DNA of 64,000 bases, from assembly GCA_031285625.1 (NCBI GenBank), contig JAITVV010000063.1, positions 64,001 to 128,000 of the forward strand. Direction: 5' to 3'. This document shows positions 51,630 through 63,288 of this stretch, piece by piece (the first letter of the stretch is position 1; the number at the start of each line of letters is the position of its first letter). Under the pieces are notes generated by a model that did no database searches, was not told where the DNA came from, and worked only from the letters and a program-made list of their open reading frames with translations. The DNA comes from Prevotella sp. (GTDB lineage: Bacteria > Bacteroidota > Bacteroidia > Bacteroidales > Dysgonomonadaceae). A program made the translations under genes and the position numbers.

Positions 51630-52748
51630 ATGAGGCAAGTACTTATAGCGTTTATGTTTAGTATAGCATTCGCAAATATAAAAGGTCAGGTAACAATTGG
51701 ATTGGATACTCCTGCAAAACAAGCAGCTTTGCTGCAATTGAAAACACTAGATGTGTTGACAACTGGCGGAGTGACAACCGGCATAGACGGCGGAGGGCTT
51801 TTACTCCCACGGGTAATGCTAAAGGATAGAAATACTCTCGAACCTTTTATCGAAAAAGATGATTCAGATAATGAAGAGTATATAAAAACTAAAAAAAAAT
51901 ATACTGGAATGGTTGTATATAATCTTACAGATCTTGCAGATCTAAAATTAGGAGTTTGTCTATGGGATGGGGAGAAATGGAATAATATATATGATACAAA
52001 GGTTTTAGCCTCTGATAGCTGGATGCTTGAAGGAAATGAGTTAATGGAAGACGAAGACAGCTTTATTGGAACAACTGATAACCAGAAAGTATCCTTTAGA
52101 ACAAGTAACATGGAAAGGATACATATAACAGGAGATGGTAAAATCGGACTGAAAACTGGAGATATACCTAAGGAAACATTGGAGGTAAACGGGCAAACTA
52201 CGCTCAATGATATCCTTATTCTTAAAAATCTGGAAAAAGCTCCGAATGAAGTAGCTCAGCTTGTAGTGGATAAGGACGACAGGGTATGCGAGGTTATTTC
52301 ATCTACAGGAAATGTAACGGGAATTAACGACCTGACCTATATCTTCAGCAATTTACAAACAGGGGACTGGGTTGGTCAATTTAACACCAAAATACCCACT
52401 AAAGAATATACACTGGTGGTTGTAGGCTATTCCTTCCTATCAAATGCTTCCTATCCTACCGATGGATTAAGTGTTGGGCGAGTCAATAAAGATTACTCTG
52501 GAACTTTCGTTCCCATGGAAGTTTATGCAACAATGAACCGGGGAGGAATTCAATCCGATCACTGGTTGCTTACAGCAGACTATGTCGGGGGAAGTACATA
52601 TGTAAGAGAAAATAAGTACCCTTCCGGAACCTGGATCATTCACTGTCATATTATTAATAATTCTTTGGTAAACACACTGGACAACCAGTCCTTTAATCTC
52701 AATGGTAATGTCAACGGAAGCGCTACTCAGATACCAGAAGGGCTCTAG
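51630..52748 (+). CDS. Secreted hypothetical protein, fibre/beta-helix-like family, paralog B
   Basis: Colinear paralog of 50466-51593 (QVTIG, AALLQLKT, GGGLLLPRV, AQLVVD, SSTGN, IPT..YTLVVVG, PEGL). Confidence 0.65.
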   Translation: MRQVLIAFMFSIAFANIKGQVTIGLDTPAKQAALLQLKTLDVLTTGGVTTGIDGGGLLLPRVMLKDRNTLEPFIEKDDSDNEEYIKTKKKYTGMVVYNLTDLADLKLGVCLWDGEKWNNIYDTKVLASDSWMLEGNELMEDEDSFIGTTDNQKVSFRTSNMERIHITGDGKIGLKTGDIPKETLEVNGQTTLNDILILKNLEKAPNEVAQLVVDKDDRVCEVISSTGNVTGINDLTYIFSNLQTGDWVGQFNTKIPTKEYTLVVVGYSFLSNASYPTDGLSVGRVNKDYSGTFVPMEVYATMNRGGIQSDHWLLTADYVGGSTYVRENKYPSGTWIIHCHIINNSLVNTLDNQSFNLNGNVNGSATQIPEGL

Positions 52749-53729
52749 TTAAAACATTGTTTCTATTAGTTCAGCATGCTTCTTTAAATAAGAGGCTTGA
52801 ACCAATTCATTCGATTTAGTCATCAGTTCGGCATACTTTTTTAGTGATTCCAGCCATATTTTATGCAAATCGGTTGCTTGTTTGGTCTTGTTGTAAAAAG
52901 AAATTACCGAATTGAACCAATAATGGGATTCTGCATGATTATCATACCACACATAACAGCTGTTGTTATCAATTGGTACAGATGAAAGATAATAAGAATA
53001 AGAATAAGAAATAGAATGTCCCTCCTGCCATGTTCCTTTTCTTATTAGTATCTCTATTCCATCCTGTATACTTCTAAGTTCATTTTTTAACAATGCTAAT
53101 TCTTTGTCATCTATTAAACCTCTGGAACAATAATATTGGATATCAGATAAAGTATTGTAGAATGTATTTGGATCTAGAATAAAAGTAATATTTTTATGAC
53201 GTCCGGCATAGGGTAGAATCTTATTACGCAGTGTAGCTACTTCCGGAGGCAAAACTATTTCAGAAAAAGACAGATTGACAGATGTATCATTAATTTGGTG
53301 TACCCATTTATAATAATAGAAACGAAATAAATTTTCGAAGCTAACAGTAAAAATATCCGGAAGGCGATTTAGTGCAATTATTGTATACGAATCTTTTGCC
53401 TGACATTGCCGGCTTATCGATTCATAAAAGGTTTCAAACATTGCAACAAAGGTCTCATTCGGTTCATAGGCCTTTAATGATTTTTGTCTGTAAAGGATAT
53501 AATCATTATTCTTTTGTGCAACTAACTCATCTATCGAAAAACCTAACTCCAATGACAAATGCATTATCTGTTCGATTGTAAATGCAACATCTCCCCTGAT
53601 CCTTCGGTATGCGGATTCTTTACAGAGTCCGAGCTTATCCATCAAAAATTCAGCCAATTTCATATTGGGAGGTATGGAATCTATTATTTTTTGAATAATG
53701 ATGGCATTTATATTCTTCATATTGGGCAA
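52749..53729 (-). CDS. Xre/BetR-like helix-turn-helix protein with an unknown C-terminal domain
   Basis: N-terminal HTH LAEFLMDKLGLCKESAYRRIRGDVAFTIEQIMHLSLELGFSIDEL. Confidence 0.7.
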   Translation of the reverse strand: MPNMKNINAIIIQKIIDSIPPNMKLAEFLMDKLGLCKESAYRRIRGDVAFTIEQIMHLSLELGFSIDELVAQKNNDYILYRQKSLKAYEPNETFVAMFETFYESISRQCQAKDSYTIIALNRLPDIFTVSFENLFRFYYYKWVHQINDTSVNLSFSEIVLPPEVATLRNKILPYAGRHKNITFILDPNTFYNTLSDIQYYCSRGLIDDKELALLKNELRSIQDGIEILIRKGTWQEGHSISYSYSYYLSSVPIDNNSCYVWYDNHAESHYWFNSVISFYNKTKQATDLHKIWLESLKKYAELMTKSNELVQASYLKKHAELIETMF

Positions 53730-53990
53730 TTAATATACCAACAAATATAGAAAAATATTCAATCCAAGTATGTTGAGTCTCGAGAATCTCTTTCGATATT
53801 TTAATTAATTTTTCATCAACATTTCGGAACAAGTGTATTAAATATCTCTACAGCTTGCTCAGGTGTATCCTGAGCCGACATTTTACCTTGTTTATCAAGG
53901 AATTTTATAAACTTCGATAATTGAGGTGCTACACCATTTTTTTATAGTGGTTTTATATGTTAACAGAAGTATCAAGTTAAAACCTCTATA

Positions 53991-55289
53991 TTACAGCATA
54001 TCGATGCATCTTTCCAGCTGTACACCTCTCGACCCCTTCAGTAATATATAACTATCCTGTATCGGATTTTTTTCGAGATAGTCTTTTAAGCTATCCATAT
54101 CTTTAAATCTCGGATATTTGGTATCCACCCGGCTAAAATTATCCCCGATAAACATTACCCGGTCAAAATTGTGATGTGTAATATAATCTGCTACCTTCTG
54201 ATGCTCCATATCCGTATCAGGACCTAACTCTTTCATATCTCCCAGGATAAGCACTTTCTTGCTAACATCCATATGATCGAAATTCTCAAGAGCAGCATGC
54301 ATACTCGTCGGATTAGCATTATATGCATCTATGATAAGCATATTCTTTTCGGTTTCTTTAAGCTGAGAACGGTTGTTAGTAGGCACATACTCTTCCAGGG
54401 CCTTGCATATAAGCGAAGCTTTCACGCCAAGATATTTTCCAATAGTAATTGCTGCTAATGCATTAGAGAGGTTATATTCCCCTATCATATTCGTTTTTAT
54501 CAGATGGCGCTTATTTCCAAATTTCCATTCAAGCTCCAGAAAAGGTTTAATTGAAGCGACTTTTCCCGAAACAAACAGGTCATCCTGAAGGCCATAATAA
54601 ATAGAAGTTATCCCTTCGGCCATCTCGCGCAGAAGTATATTATCATTATCGATAAATATTTTCCCGTCTGTAGTACTACGAATAAATTCATACAACTCAC
54701 CTTTAGCCTTCACAACGTTTTCGAATGAGCCGAATCCTTCGATATGAGCATGTCCCAGATTTGTAATCAGCCCATAATTAGGCAAAGCCATCTCCGCTAG
54801 AAATTTGATCTCACCAACATGACTCGCTCCCATCTCCACTATTGCGATCTCATGTTCCTTTTTTATCCTGAGTAAAGTTAAAGGCACCCCAATATGGTTG
54901 TTGAGATTACCCTGAGTTGCCAGCACATTATACTCCTGAGAAAGAACCGAATATATCAACTCTTTAGTAGTAGTCTTACCATTAGTGCCTGTTATTGCAA
55001 TAATAGGTTTTTTTATTATTTTTTTTCGGTGATAATGAGCAAGTTCCTGTAACGTTTCAAGACTATCGTTGACAAGTATAATATTGGGACGGGTGGCATA
55101 TTTAGCTTCATCAACAACAGCATAACTACACCCGGAATCTATAGCCTTTTCTGCATATTCATTCCCATTAAAATTTGCACCTTTTAATGCGAAAAAAATC
55201 GAACCTTTCGGACTATTGCGTGTGTCAGTAGATATTTCCGGATACTGTTTGTATATTTCATACAATTTGGATATCTCCATAGCATTCAT
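53991..55289 (-). CDS. murF: UDP-N-acetylmuramoyl-tripeptide--D-Ala-D-Ala ligase
   Basis: TDTR, ALKGANFNG, AITGTNGKTTTKE, GNLNNHIGVP, EMGA, DAYNANP, LGDM.ELG, LLKGSRG. Confidence 0.97.
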   Translation of the reverse strand: MNAMEISKLYEIYKQYPEISTDTRNSPKGSIFFALKGANFNGNEYAEKAIDSGCSYAVVDEAKYATRPNIILVNDSLETLQELAHYHRKKIIKKPIIAITGTNGKTTTKELIYSVLSQEYNVLATQGNLNNHIGVPLTLLRIKKEHEIAIVEMGASHVGEIKFLAEMALPNYGLITNLGHAHIEGFGSFENVVKAKGELYEFIRSTTDGKIFIDNDNILLREMAEGITSIYYGLQDDLFVSGKVASIKPFLELEWKFGNKRHLIKTNMIGEYNLSNALAAITIGKYLGVKASLICKALEEYVPTNNRSQLKETEKNMLIIDAYNANPTSMHAALENFDHMDVSKKVLILGDMKELGPDTDMEHQKVADYITHHNFDRVMFIGDNFSRVDTKYPRFKDMDSLKDYLEKNPIQDSYILLKGSRGVQLERCIDML

Positions 55290-55510
55290 TACAATGTTAA
55301 TAGTTTACGTTAAAAACGCTTTTAAATACATTATTGTTTACCAATACATAGTTCTATAAGATTCTTTAAGGCAATGCGAAGATAACGTTAATAATTTACA
55401 TCAGATATCCTTCTTAACGTTTTTTACTTTATCAATTATTTTAGAAATATACCATAAACATGGTATAAAAATACCTCACTTTAGTGATTTTAAGTATGTA
55501 GGAAAGCATG

Positions 55511-55518
55511 TACCTTTG
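55511..55518 (+). promoter_or_regulatory. -7 promoter element for cysK
   Basis: TACCTTTG 35 bp before ATG 55554. Confidence 0.6.
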
Positions 55519-55553
55519 TATCAATTAATAAACAATACGAAAAATAAAAGATT

Positions 55554-56501
55554 ATGGGAAAAATTGCTAAAAAATTGACTGACCTGATAGGAAATACTCC
55601 GCTACTGGAGTTATCAAACTATAATAAAAAACATGGACTTGATGCTCATGTCATTGCAAAGTTAGAATACTTTAATCCGGCATCGAGTGTTAAAGACCGT
55701 ATTGCAAATGCAATGATAGAAGATGCAGAAGCTTCAGGCGCTCTTAAACCCGATAGTGAACTGATAGAACCTACCAGTGGCAACACAGGTATCGGGCTGG
55801 CCTTTGTGGCTGCCGCCAAAGGCTATAAACTTACATTAACAATGCCTGAAACCATGAGTATAGAGCGTAGAAACCTGCTCAAAGCACTAGGTGCGAATAT
55901 CGTTCTTACACCTGGTCCCGAAGGCATGAAAGGAGCAATAGCTAAAGCAGAAGAGTTGCAAAAACAAAATCCAAAGGCCGTTGTACTCCAACAATTTGCC
56001 AATCCTGCAAACCCTGCTGTACATAGAAGAACTACAGCCGAAGAGATATGGCGCGATACAGATGGAAACGTAGATATCTTTGTTGCCGGAGTGGGCACAG
56101 GAGGTACAGTAAGCGGTGTAGGTGAAGTGTTGAAAAAATACAATCCGAATGTAAAAATTGTTGCAGTAGAACCAACAGACTCGCCTGTATTATCAGGAGG
56201 GAAACCGGGTCCCCATAAGATACAGGGTATAGGTGCGGGATTTGTACCTAAAACATACGATGCATCTGTTGTAGATGAAATAATTCAGGTAAGTAACGAT
56301 GACTCGATACGTACCAGCCGCGAACTGGCCCGTGAAGAGGGGCTCCTTGTAGGTATATCTTCGGGGGCGGCTACTTATGCAGCTACCCAACTAGCTAAGA
56401 TACCTGAGAATAAGGGGAAAAATATAGTAGTTATACTACCTGATACAGGTGAACGTTATTTATCTACAGTATTATATGCATTTGAAGAATATCCGCTTTA
56501 A
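55554..56501 (+). CDS. cysK: Cysteine synthase A
   Basis: [50 protein letters not shown]. Confidence 0.97.
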   Translation: MGKIAKKLTDLIGNTPLLELSNYNKKHGLDAHVIAKLEYFNPASSVKDRIANAMIEDAEASGALKPDSELIEPTSGNTGIGLAFVAAAKGYKLTLTMPETMSIERRNLLKALGANIVLTPGPEGMKGAIAKAEELQKQNPKAVVLQQFANPANPAVHRRTTAEEIWRDTDGNVDIFVAGVGTGGTVSGVGEVLKKYNPNVKIVAVEPTDSPVLSGGKPGPHKIQGIGAGFVPKTYDASVVDEIIQVSNDDSIRTSRELAREEGLLVGISSGAATYAATQLAKIPENKGKNIVVILPDTGERYLSTVLYAFEEYPL

Positions 56502-56536
56502 TCATAGTAAAATTGTTTAGTTATCTTTATTTTATT

Positions 56537-56566
56537 TGAGTAATTAGCTTTTTAGCTAGTTACTCA
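56537..56566 (+). other. Intergenic stem-loop between cysK and metY (weak terminator or mRNA-stability hairpin)
   Basis: TGAGTAATTAGCT-TTTT-AGCTAGTTACTCA. Confidence 0.5.
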
Positions 56567-56589
56567 TATTTACATGAAAACCAATATAA

Positions 56590-57897
<1,308 letters not shown>

Positions 57898-57919
57898 TCA
57901 AATAGTATTTGTAAAAAAT

Positions 57920-57951
57920 AAACCCAACAGAATTAAAGTTCTGTTGGGTTT
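57920..57951. terminator. Bidirectional terminator between metY and susD
   Basis: AAACCCAACAGAA-TTAAAG-TTCTGTTGGGTTT. Confidence 0.8.
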
Positions 57952-58003
57952 GTAATGAAAGCCTCTACCTAATAATCTGGGAACAGATCATCTCATATTT
58001 TTA

Positions 58004-59650
58004 TTATTCAGTATATCCCGGATTCTGTGTCAATTTAGGATTTTTGTCACGAGCACTCTGAGGTATCGGAAGATAACGGAAATGAGTTTTAAATACCCGA
58101 TCTTCGATCTTTGTGTCAGCTGCAGAAGGATTTAGGTCAATAACAGCACGCTTCGCAGGATCTGTTTCACTGTAATTGATAGTTCCTGTAACACGCGTAA
58201 GTGTTCCATTCAAGGCTGTTTCCGCAACCATTTTACCACTATTGTCTTTCCATCTCAGTATATCTGCACGGCGAACACCCTCTCCTGCAAGTTCTACACC
58301 GCGTTCACGACGGATAAGTTCGCGTAATGTTTCTTTCGAGCCGTATTTAGTTCTGTTTACTACCGGCATGCCTGCACGGGTACGTATTCTGTCCAGTTTA
58401 TTATATACTTCAGCCGATGGACCATTCAGTTCGTTTTCAGCTTCTGCCCATGTGAGAAGAACTTCTGCATAACGACACACTATAGGACTACAGTTAGTTT
58501 CCCATATACCTCCTGTATATTGATCCATAGGGTCTAGATACTTTCTCCATGTTAATGCTGATTTCGATGAGTTGTTGGCAGCAGTAGGATAATTCGGATT
58601 ATTAGATCCATCTACAACTTTGTCTAAAGTATTGATAACTCCACCATTCCAATCCATTCCAGGGTACATCACAGTCATTTCCATACGTGGATCACGATTT
58701 GCAAACGGATGTACAGGATTATAGGCATCTGCTCCTCCTTTAGCAACTGACTCTTCTTTGGTCAGACCATCTTTCATTTCGTATATATCGACCAGTTTTT
58801 GTGTAGGAACTATGGAAGACCAGCCTCCGTCACCGTTATTATACATTTGTCCTACAACGCCTGTTGCTTTTGTTACATCAATATATTGGACTGCAAGAAT
58901 AATTTCCTTGGAATTTTGTCCAGAAACTTTAAACAGTTCGGAATAATCACTTTCGAGATCATATTGCCCCAAGTCAATAATTGCCTGAGCAGCATCTTTA
59001 GCCCGTTGGTGTTCGTCATAATATAAAGCCATACGCATTTTAATAGCCAGTGCAGCACCTTTTGCTATGCGCCCACGTGCAGCCGGAGCATCGTTCAACT
59101 CTCCTATAGCTTTGTCCAATTCAGTTTCTATAAATGTTTTTACTTCTGCTTCAGAATTACGTGGTACCCTAGCTTCTTCTGCACTACTATAATTTTCGAT
59201 AATCGGTACGCCTCCATAAACCCAATTCATAATGAAATAACGGTAAGCACGTATTGTACGCACCTGACCAATCAGATCATTCTTAGTTTTTTCATCAGAG
59301 AATGTAATATTTTCTATATTCTCCATAAAGGTATTACAACGGCGGATATTCGTAAAATTATAAAAATTATGGATCGTACTGGAAGGTGTTATGGTTCCAT
59401 TTGCAATATTCTTATACTCTTCCCATTCGAAGTTATTGTAGCCAAAATCAGATCCACAGTCCATATATAGCATAGGACCAGCTTCTTCCCATCCATCGTA
59501 ACAACCGACAGCAAATTTCTGAGCGTCATCTTCAGTTTTCCATGTAGTAGGAGGAGATAGCTCATCTTTAGGAGTTACATCGAGAAAATCGGAGCAAGAT
59601 GCTAATATCATTGCTGCAATACAAATCAATATATATTTGAGATATTTCAT
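58004..59650 (-). CDS. susD: SusD/RagB-family lipoprotein
   Basis: Start reassigned to ATG 59650 (MKYLKY..LASC lipobox); YGGVP, RDPR, RYAEVLL..AEA, ERGVELAGEG, QNPGY. Confidence 0.93.
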   Translation of the reverse strand: MKYLKYILICIAAMILASCSDFLDVTPKDELSPPTTWKTEDDAQKFAVGCYDGWEEAGPMLYMDCGSDFGYNNFEWEEYKNIANGTITPSSTIHNFYNFTNIRRCNTFMENIENITFSDEKTKNDLIGQVRTIRAYRYFIMNWVYGGVPIIENYSSAEEARVPRNSEAEVKTFIETELDKAIGELNDAPAARGRIAKGAALAIKMRMALYYDEHQRAKDAAQAIIDLGQYDLESDYSELFKVSGQNSKEIILAVQYIDVTKATGVVGQMYNNGDGGWSSIVPTQKLVDIYEMKDGLTKEESVAKGGADAYNPVHPFANRDPRMEMTVMYPGMDWNGGVINTLDKVVDGSNNPNYPTAANNSSKSALTWRKYLDPMDQYTGGIWETNCSPIVCRYAEVLLTWAEAENELNGPSAEVYNKLDRIRTRAGMPVVNRTKYGSKETLRELIRRERGVELAGEGVRRADILRWKDNSGKMVAETALNGTLTRVTGTINYSETDPAKRAVIDLNPSAADTKIEDRVFKTHFRYLPIPQSARDKNPKLTQNPGYTE

Positions 59651-59759
59651 ACGATAATCTTTTTTTAATGGTTGTATGGAAACTTGCATGACAAAATTAT
59701 GATAAGCTTTATTGAATAGCTGTTCATGCTCGTTTTCATAATTTTCAGATTTATAATTA

Positions 59760-62700
59760 TTAGAATGAGATATTAATACCGAAAGCATGCGTTTGTAGTA
59801 GCGGATACGATGATGTACGTGTACTAGTAGCCTCAGGATCTACGTTTGCTCTCATGTTATCAATTGTAAACAGATTTTCAACGGAATAATACAAGCGTAA
59901 GCTACTAATTCCTAGACCATTTAATACATTCCGAGGAAGTGTATAACCCAACTGTAAGTTTTTCAACCGGAAGTAACTGATATCTTCCAGCCAGAAATCC
60001 GATTTCACAGACGGTAGTTACTTGGAGAATTCTGATCATAGTGACGACGTGGCATCTTAGCATTATGGTTTTCCGGTGTCCAGGCATCTTTCCATATCGT
60101 TGAAGGATGGGCAGCATCACCCGAGAAGTTTCCGAATACCTCATATGCATCAAAAAGACGTGATGCTTTTGCAGCTCCATTGAATGTCAGTCCTAAATCA
60201 AAGTTATTCCATGCTGCGTTGATATTGAAACCGTAATTAATAACAGGATCAGGAGTATTTTTTACATATATACGGTCTGCAGAAGTAAGTTCTCCATTTC
60301 CATCTGTATCAACATAGCGCAAATCACCAGCCATAAATTTCTTACCAAACGGATTTCCGTATTTTGCTGTAAACTCATCAGCTTCTTCCTGAGAATTGAA
60401 GAATCCATCAGCCTTATAGATATAATAGCTATCTATAGCATGTCCAATAGCATTCCGTTGGATATTATTATCATTTTGTATATAATCAACACCTCCCAGG
60501 TCAAGAATCTTATTCTTATTATGTGAAATGTTTCCTGAGAAGCCCAATTGTACCTGATTTATCTTTGTGTTATAGCCTAAACTTATTTCTACTCCTCTGT
60601 TTCTCATCGAGCCCACATTGTCTCGATATGGGTCTAAGGCAAACTCAGCAGGAACAGATACTTCCATAATGATGTCAGTCGTTTTACGGTCATAGTAATC
60701 AATAGACATATTCAGTTTGTTGAACAGAGTGAAATCCATTCCGAGCCCCCATGTGGTAGCTTTCTCCCAAGAAATATCTTCTAACCGGTATTTTTGCTGA
60801 TAATAACCTGAATTTAATGCTCCTCCAAATGGATATTTTGCACCTACATTATAGGTATTCATAGCCGGATAGTATTCCGCATTACCGTCTTTATCGGTAA
60901 CATACTCATTCCCTAATTTACCCCAGGAAGCACGAATCTTAAGATCCGACAACCAAGTATTTTTGGCATCACTCATAAAATCTTCTTCCGAGATACGCCA
61001 TGCCGCAGAAAATGAAGGGAAATATCCCCAACGATGTCCCTCTGCAAAACGGGAAGATGCATCAGAACGGATATTTGCTTCGAACAGATACTTGTTAGCA
61101 TAATCATAGTTAACACGGGCAAACCATGATACCATAGCCAATTCTCTTGTAAAGCCCTTGTTTGTCTGAGTAGAAGGATCTCCGGCATTCATATCTGTCA
61201 GTTCATTGTTAGGAAAATTCTTGCGGGACGTTTCCAATTCTTTTCTGTTATATTTTTCTGTCTGGAAACCTAACAGCCCTTTGAAACCATGTTTGTCAAA
61301 TGTTTTGTCATAGTTTAGCAACGCATTATAGTTGGTACGGTTCCATGTATAGTAGCGTTCTTCCAATTTATTCGGTTCCGATTCCTTATTTGCATTATAT
61401 TTAATATATTTCTGGAAATAGCTGTAGTTCTGAGTATTATTAATATAGGCACCCTGCAGGGTTAAGACCAGCCCATCAATAATCTTATAATCGAGTGCTG
61501 CCGATCCTGAAAAATTCTGATTGTAACGGTCTGTGGTCATCTTAGAATCCAGCCATGCAATTGGGCTACCATCCGATATCGTTCCCCATGTACCGTCATC
61601 ATAACGGGCTACAATCCATGGAGCTATCAGGTTCAACTGGCGGATAATCTGGTCAGAACCACCTCCATAGTAAGCAGAGCTAGCATCTTTATAGTCATTT
61701 TTGATATATGCTAAACCCATACGTGCAGTAAAACGGCTGTTTATCTTTATATCCAAGTTAGTACGTGCATTAAATTGCTCACGTTCTGCATTACGAAGGA
61801 TACCTGTTTGATTAAGATAACCGAGAGATGCCATATATTTTACATTCTCTGTCCCTCCTGCGATATTAATGTTATGACGATGTTGAATACCTGTCTTGTA
61901 TGCCAGATCGTACCAGTCTGTATCAGGATATAACGGATCATTTCCTGCTTTAAATTTGCCCAATTCTTCATCAGTAAAACGCTTAGCCATTCCTTCAGCT
62001 TCTAATACGTCATTGTACAGGGATGCATACTCATATGATCCCATACGGTCAATTGTTTTTGTTGCATTCTGAAAGCTCAGATAACCATTGTAAGAAACAT
62101 TTACCTTTCCTGCTTTTCCTCGTTTTGTAGTAATGAGAATTACACCATTGGCAGCTTTAGATCCATATATAGCAGCAGAAGCAGCGTCTTTCAGTACAGA
62201 GATACTTTCTATGTCGTTAGGGTCTACTGCGTTCAATGTTCCAGTTTCTACTCCGTCTACCAGGATATAAGGATCTGAATTATTCAATGTTCCGATACCA
62301 CGAATACGTATTTTACCATTATCCAGCCCGGGTGCACCGTTTAGACCGGAAACATTTATACCTGGCATCAATCCTTGCAAACCTGTTGTAAGATTTTGAA
62401 TAGGACGGCTTTCAATTTCTTTGCTGCTGATGGAAGCAACAGATCCAGTCAAATTGACCTTCTTCTGTATACCATAACCAACAACGACAACATCTTCCAA
62501 TTCGGTAGGTTCTTCATCGAGAATTATTCTCATATTGGCTGCAGCTTTCAGTTCTTTGTTCTGGAAACCAATATAGGAAATAACTAATGTTGCATCCGGT
62601 TTTACATTTAAAGTAAATTTACCATCAAGATCAGTCATCGTTCCATTGGTGGTTCCTTTTTCTACAACCGAAACTCCTGTAAGAGGTTCTCCATTGGTAT

Positions 62701-63127
62701 CAGTGATTGTACCATTGGAAAGGAAAGACGGAGCCTGAGCAGGCTCTTCTACTTTCGGAATTTCTCTCTTTTCAACCACTACAATCTGATTGCCATTAAT
62801 ATGGTAAGATAAATTTAAAGGGGGCAATACTCTATTTAATATGTCTTCAATGCTTTCATTTTTACTATTTATCGAAACAGTTTTATTCTCCACTATTCCT
62901 TTTTTATACAAAATGACAAAATCAGACTTCTTCTCTATTTCAGAGAAAAGCCTTTCCACTTTAGCATTTGAGAGCTTCACAGTCACATTGGCGGTCTGTG
63001 AATATGTGTTAACAGCTGATAGAGTACAACAAAAACCCAAAATGAATAATGCAAAGTAAACTTTCATAATTTTCAGGGAAAAACTTTTTTTAGGTTTTTC
63101 AAACTTAGTTTTAGATTTTTTTCTCAT
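59760..63127 (-). pseudogene. susC: SusC TonB-dependent transducer with an N-terminal STN signalling domain, frameshifted near the 3' end
   Basis: ORF 60005-63127 stops at TGA 60005-60007; the missing barrel end (SDFWLED.SYFRLKNLQLGY...GINISF) is in another frame at 59760-60008. The shift must lie within 60008-60017. Confidence 0.85.
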
Positions 63128-63139
63128 ACATTTGAATTG

Positions 63140-63216
63140 TTTTGATTAACGTTGGTCACACTTTTGTTTTTTGAAACACTACAAGCGTGTAATATTGCAG
63201 TATTGCACGCTTTTTT
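63140..63216 (+). ncRNA. Predicted DonS-like cis-antisense sRNA in the fecR-susC intergenic region
   Basis: Plus-strand -7 element TACATTTG (63127-63134) overlapping the susC start codon, and terminator AAGCGTGTAATA-TTGCAG-TATTGCACGCTT-TTTT (63183-63216). 5' end is approximate. Confidence 0.55.
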
Positions 63217-63288
63217 CACGATTTAAGGTCACTACATCATATTTAAACTTTTTGGTTAACTATTTATACACAATATGAAACCTATAAC

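Noticed and set aside
53810-53940. Start-less minus-strand reading frame (NGVAPQLSKFIKFLDKQGKMSAQDTPEQAVEIFNTLVPKC) between murF and the HTH gene
   Set aside because: About 40 codons, no proper start, no recognisable family; could be a gene remnant but cannot be supported without a search.
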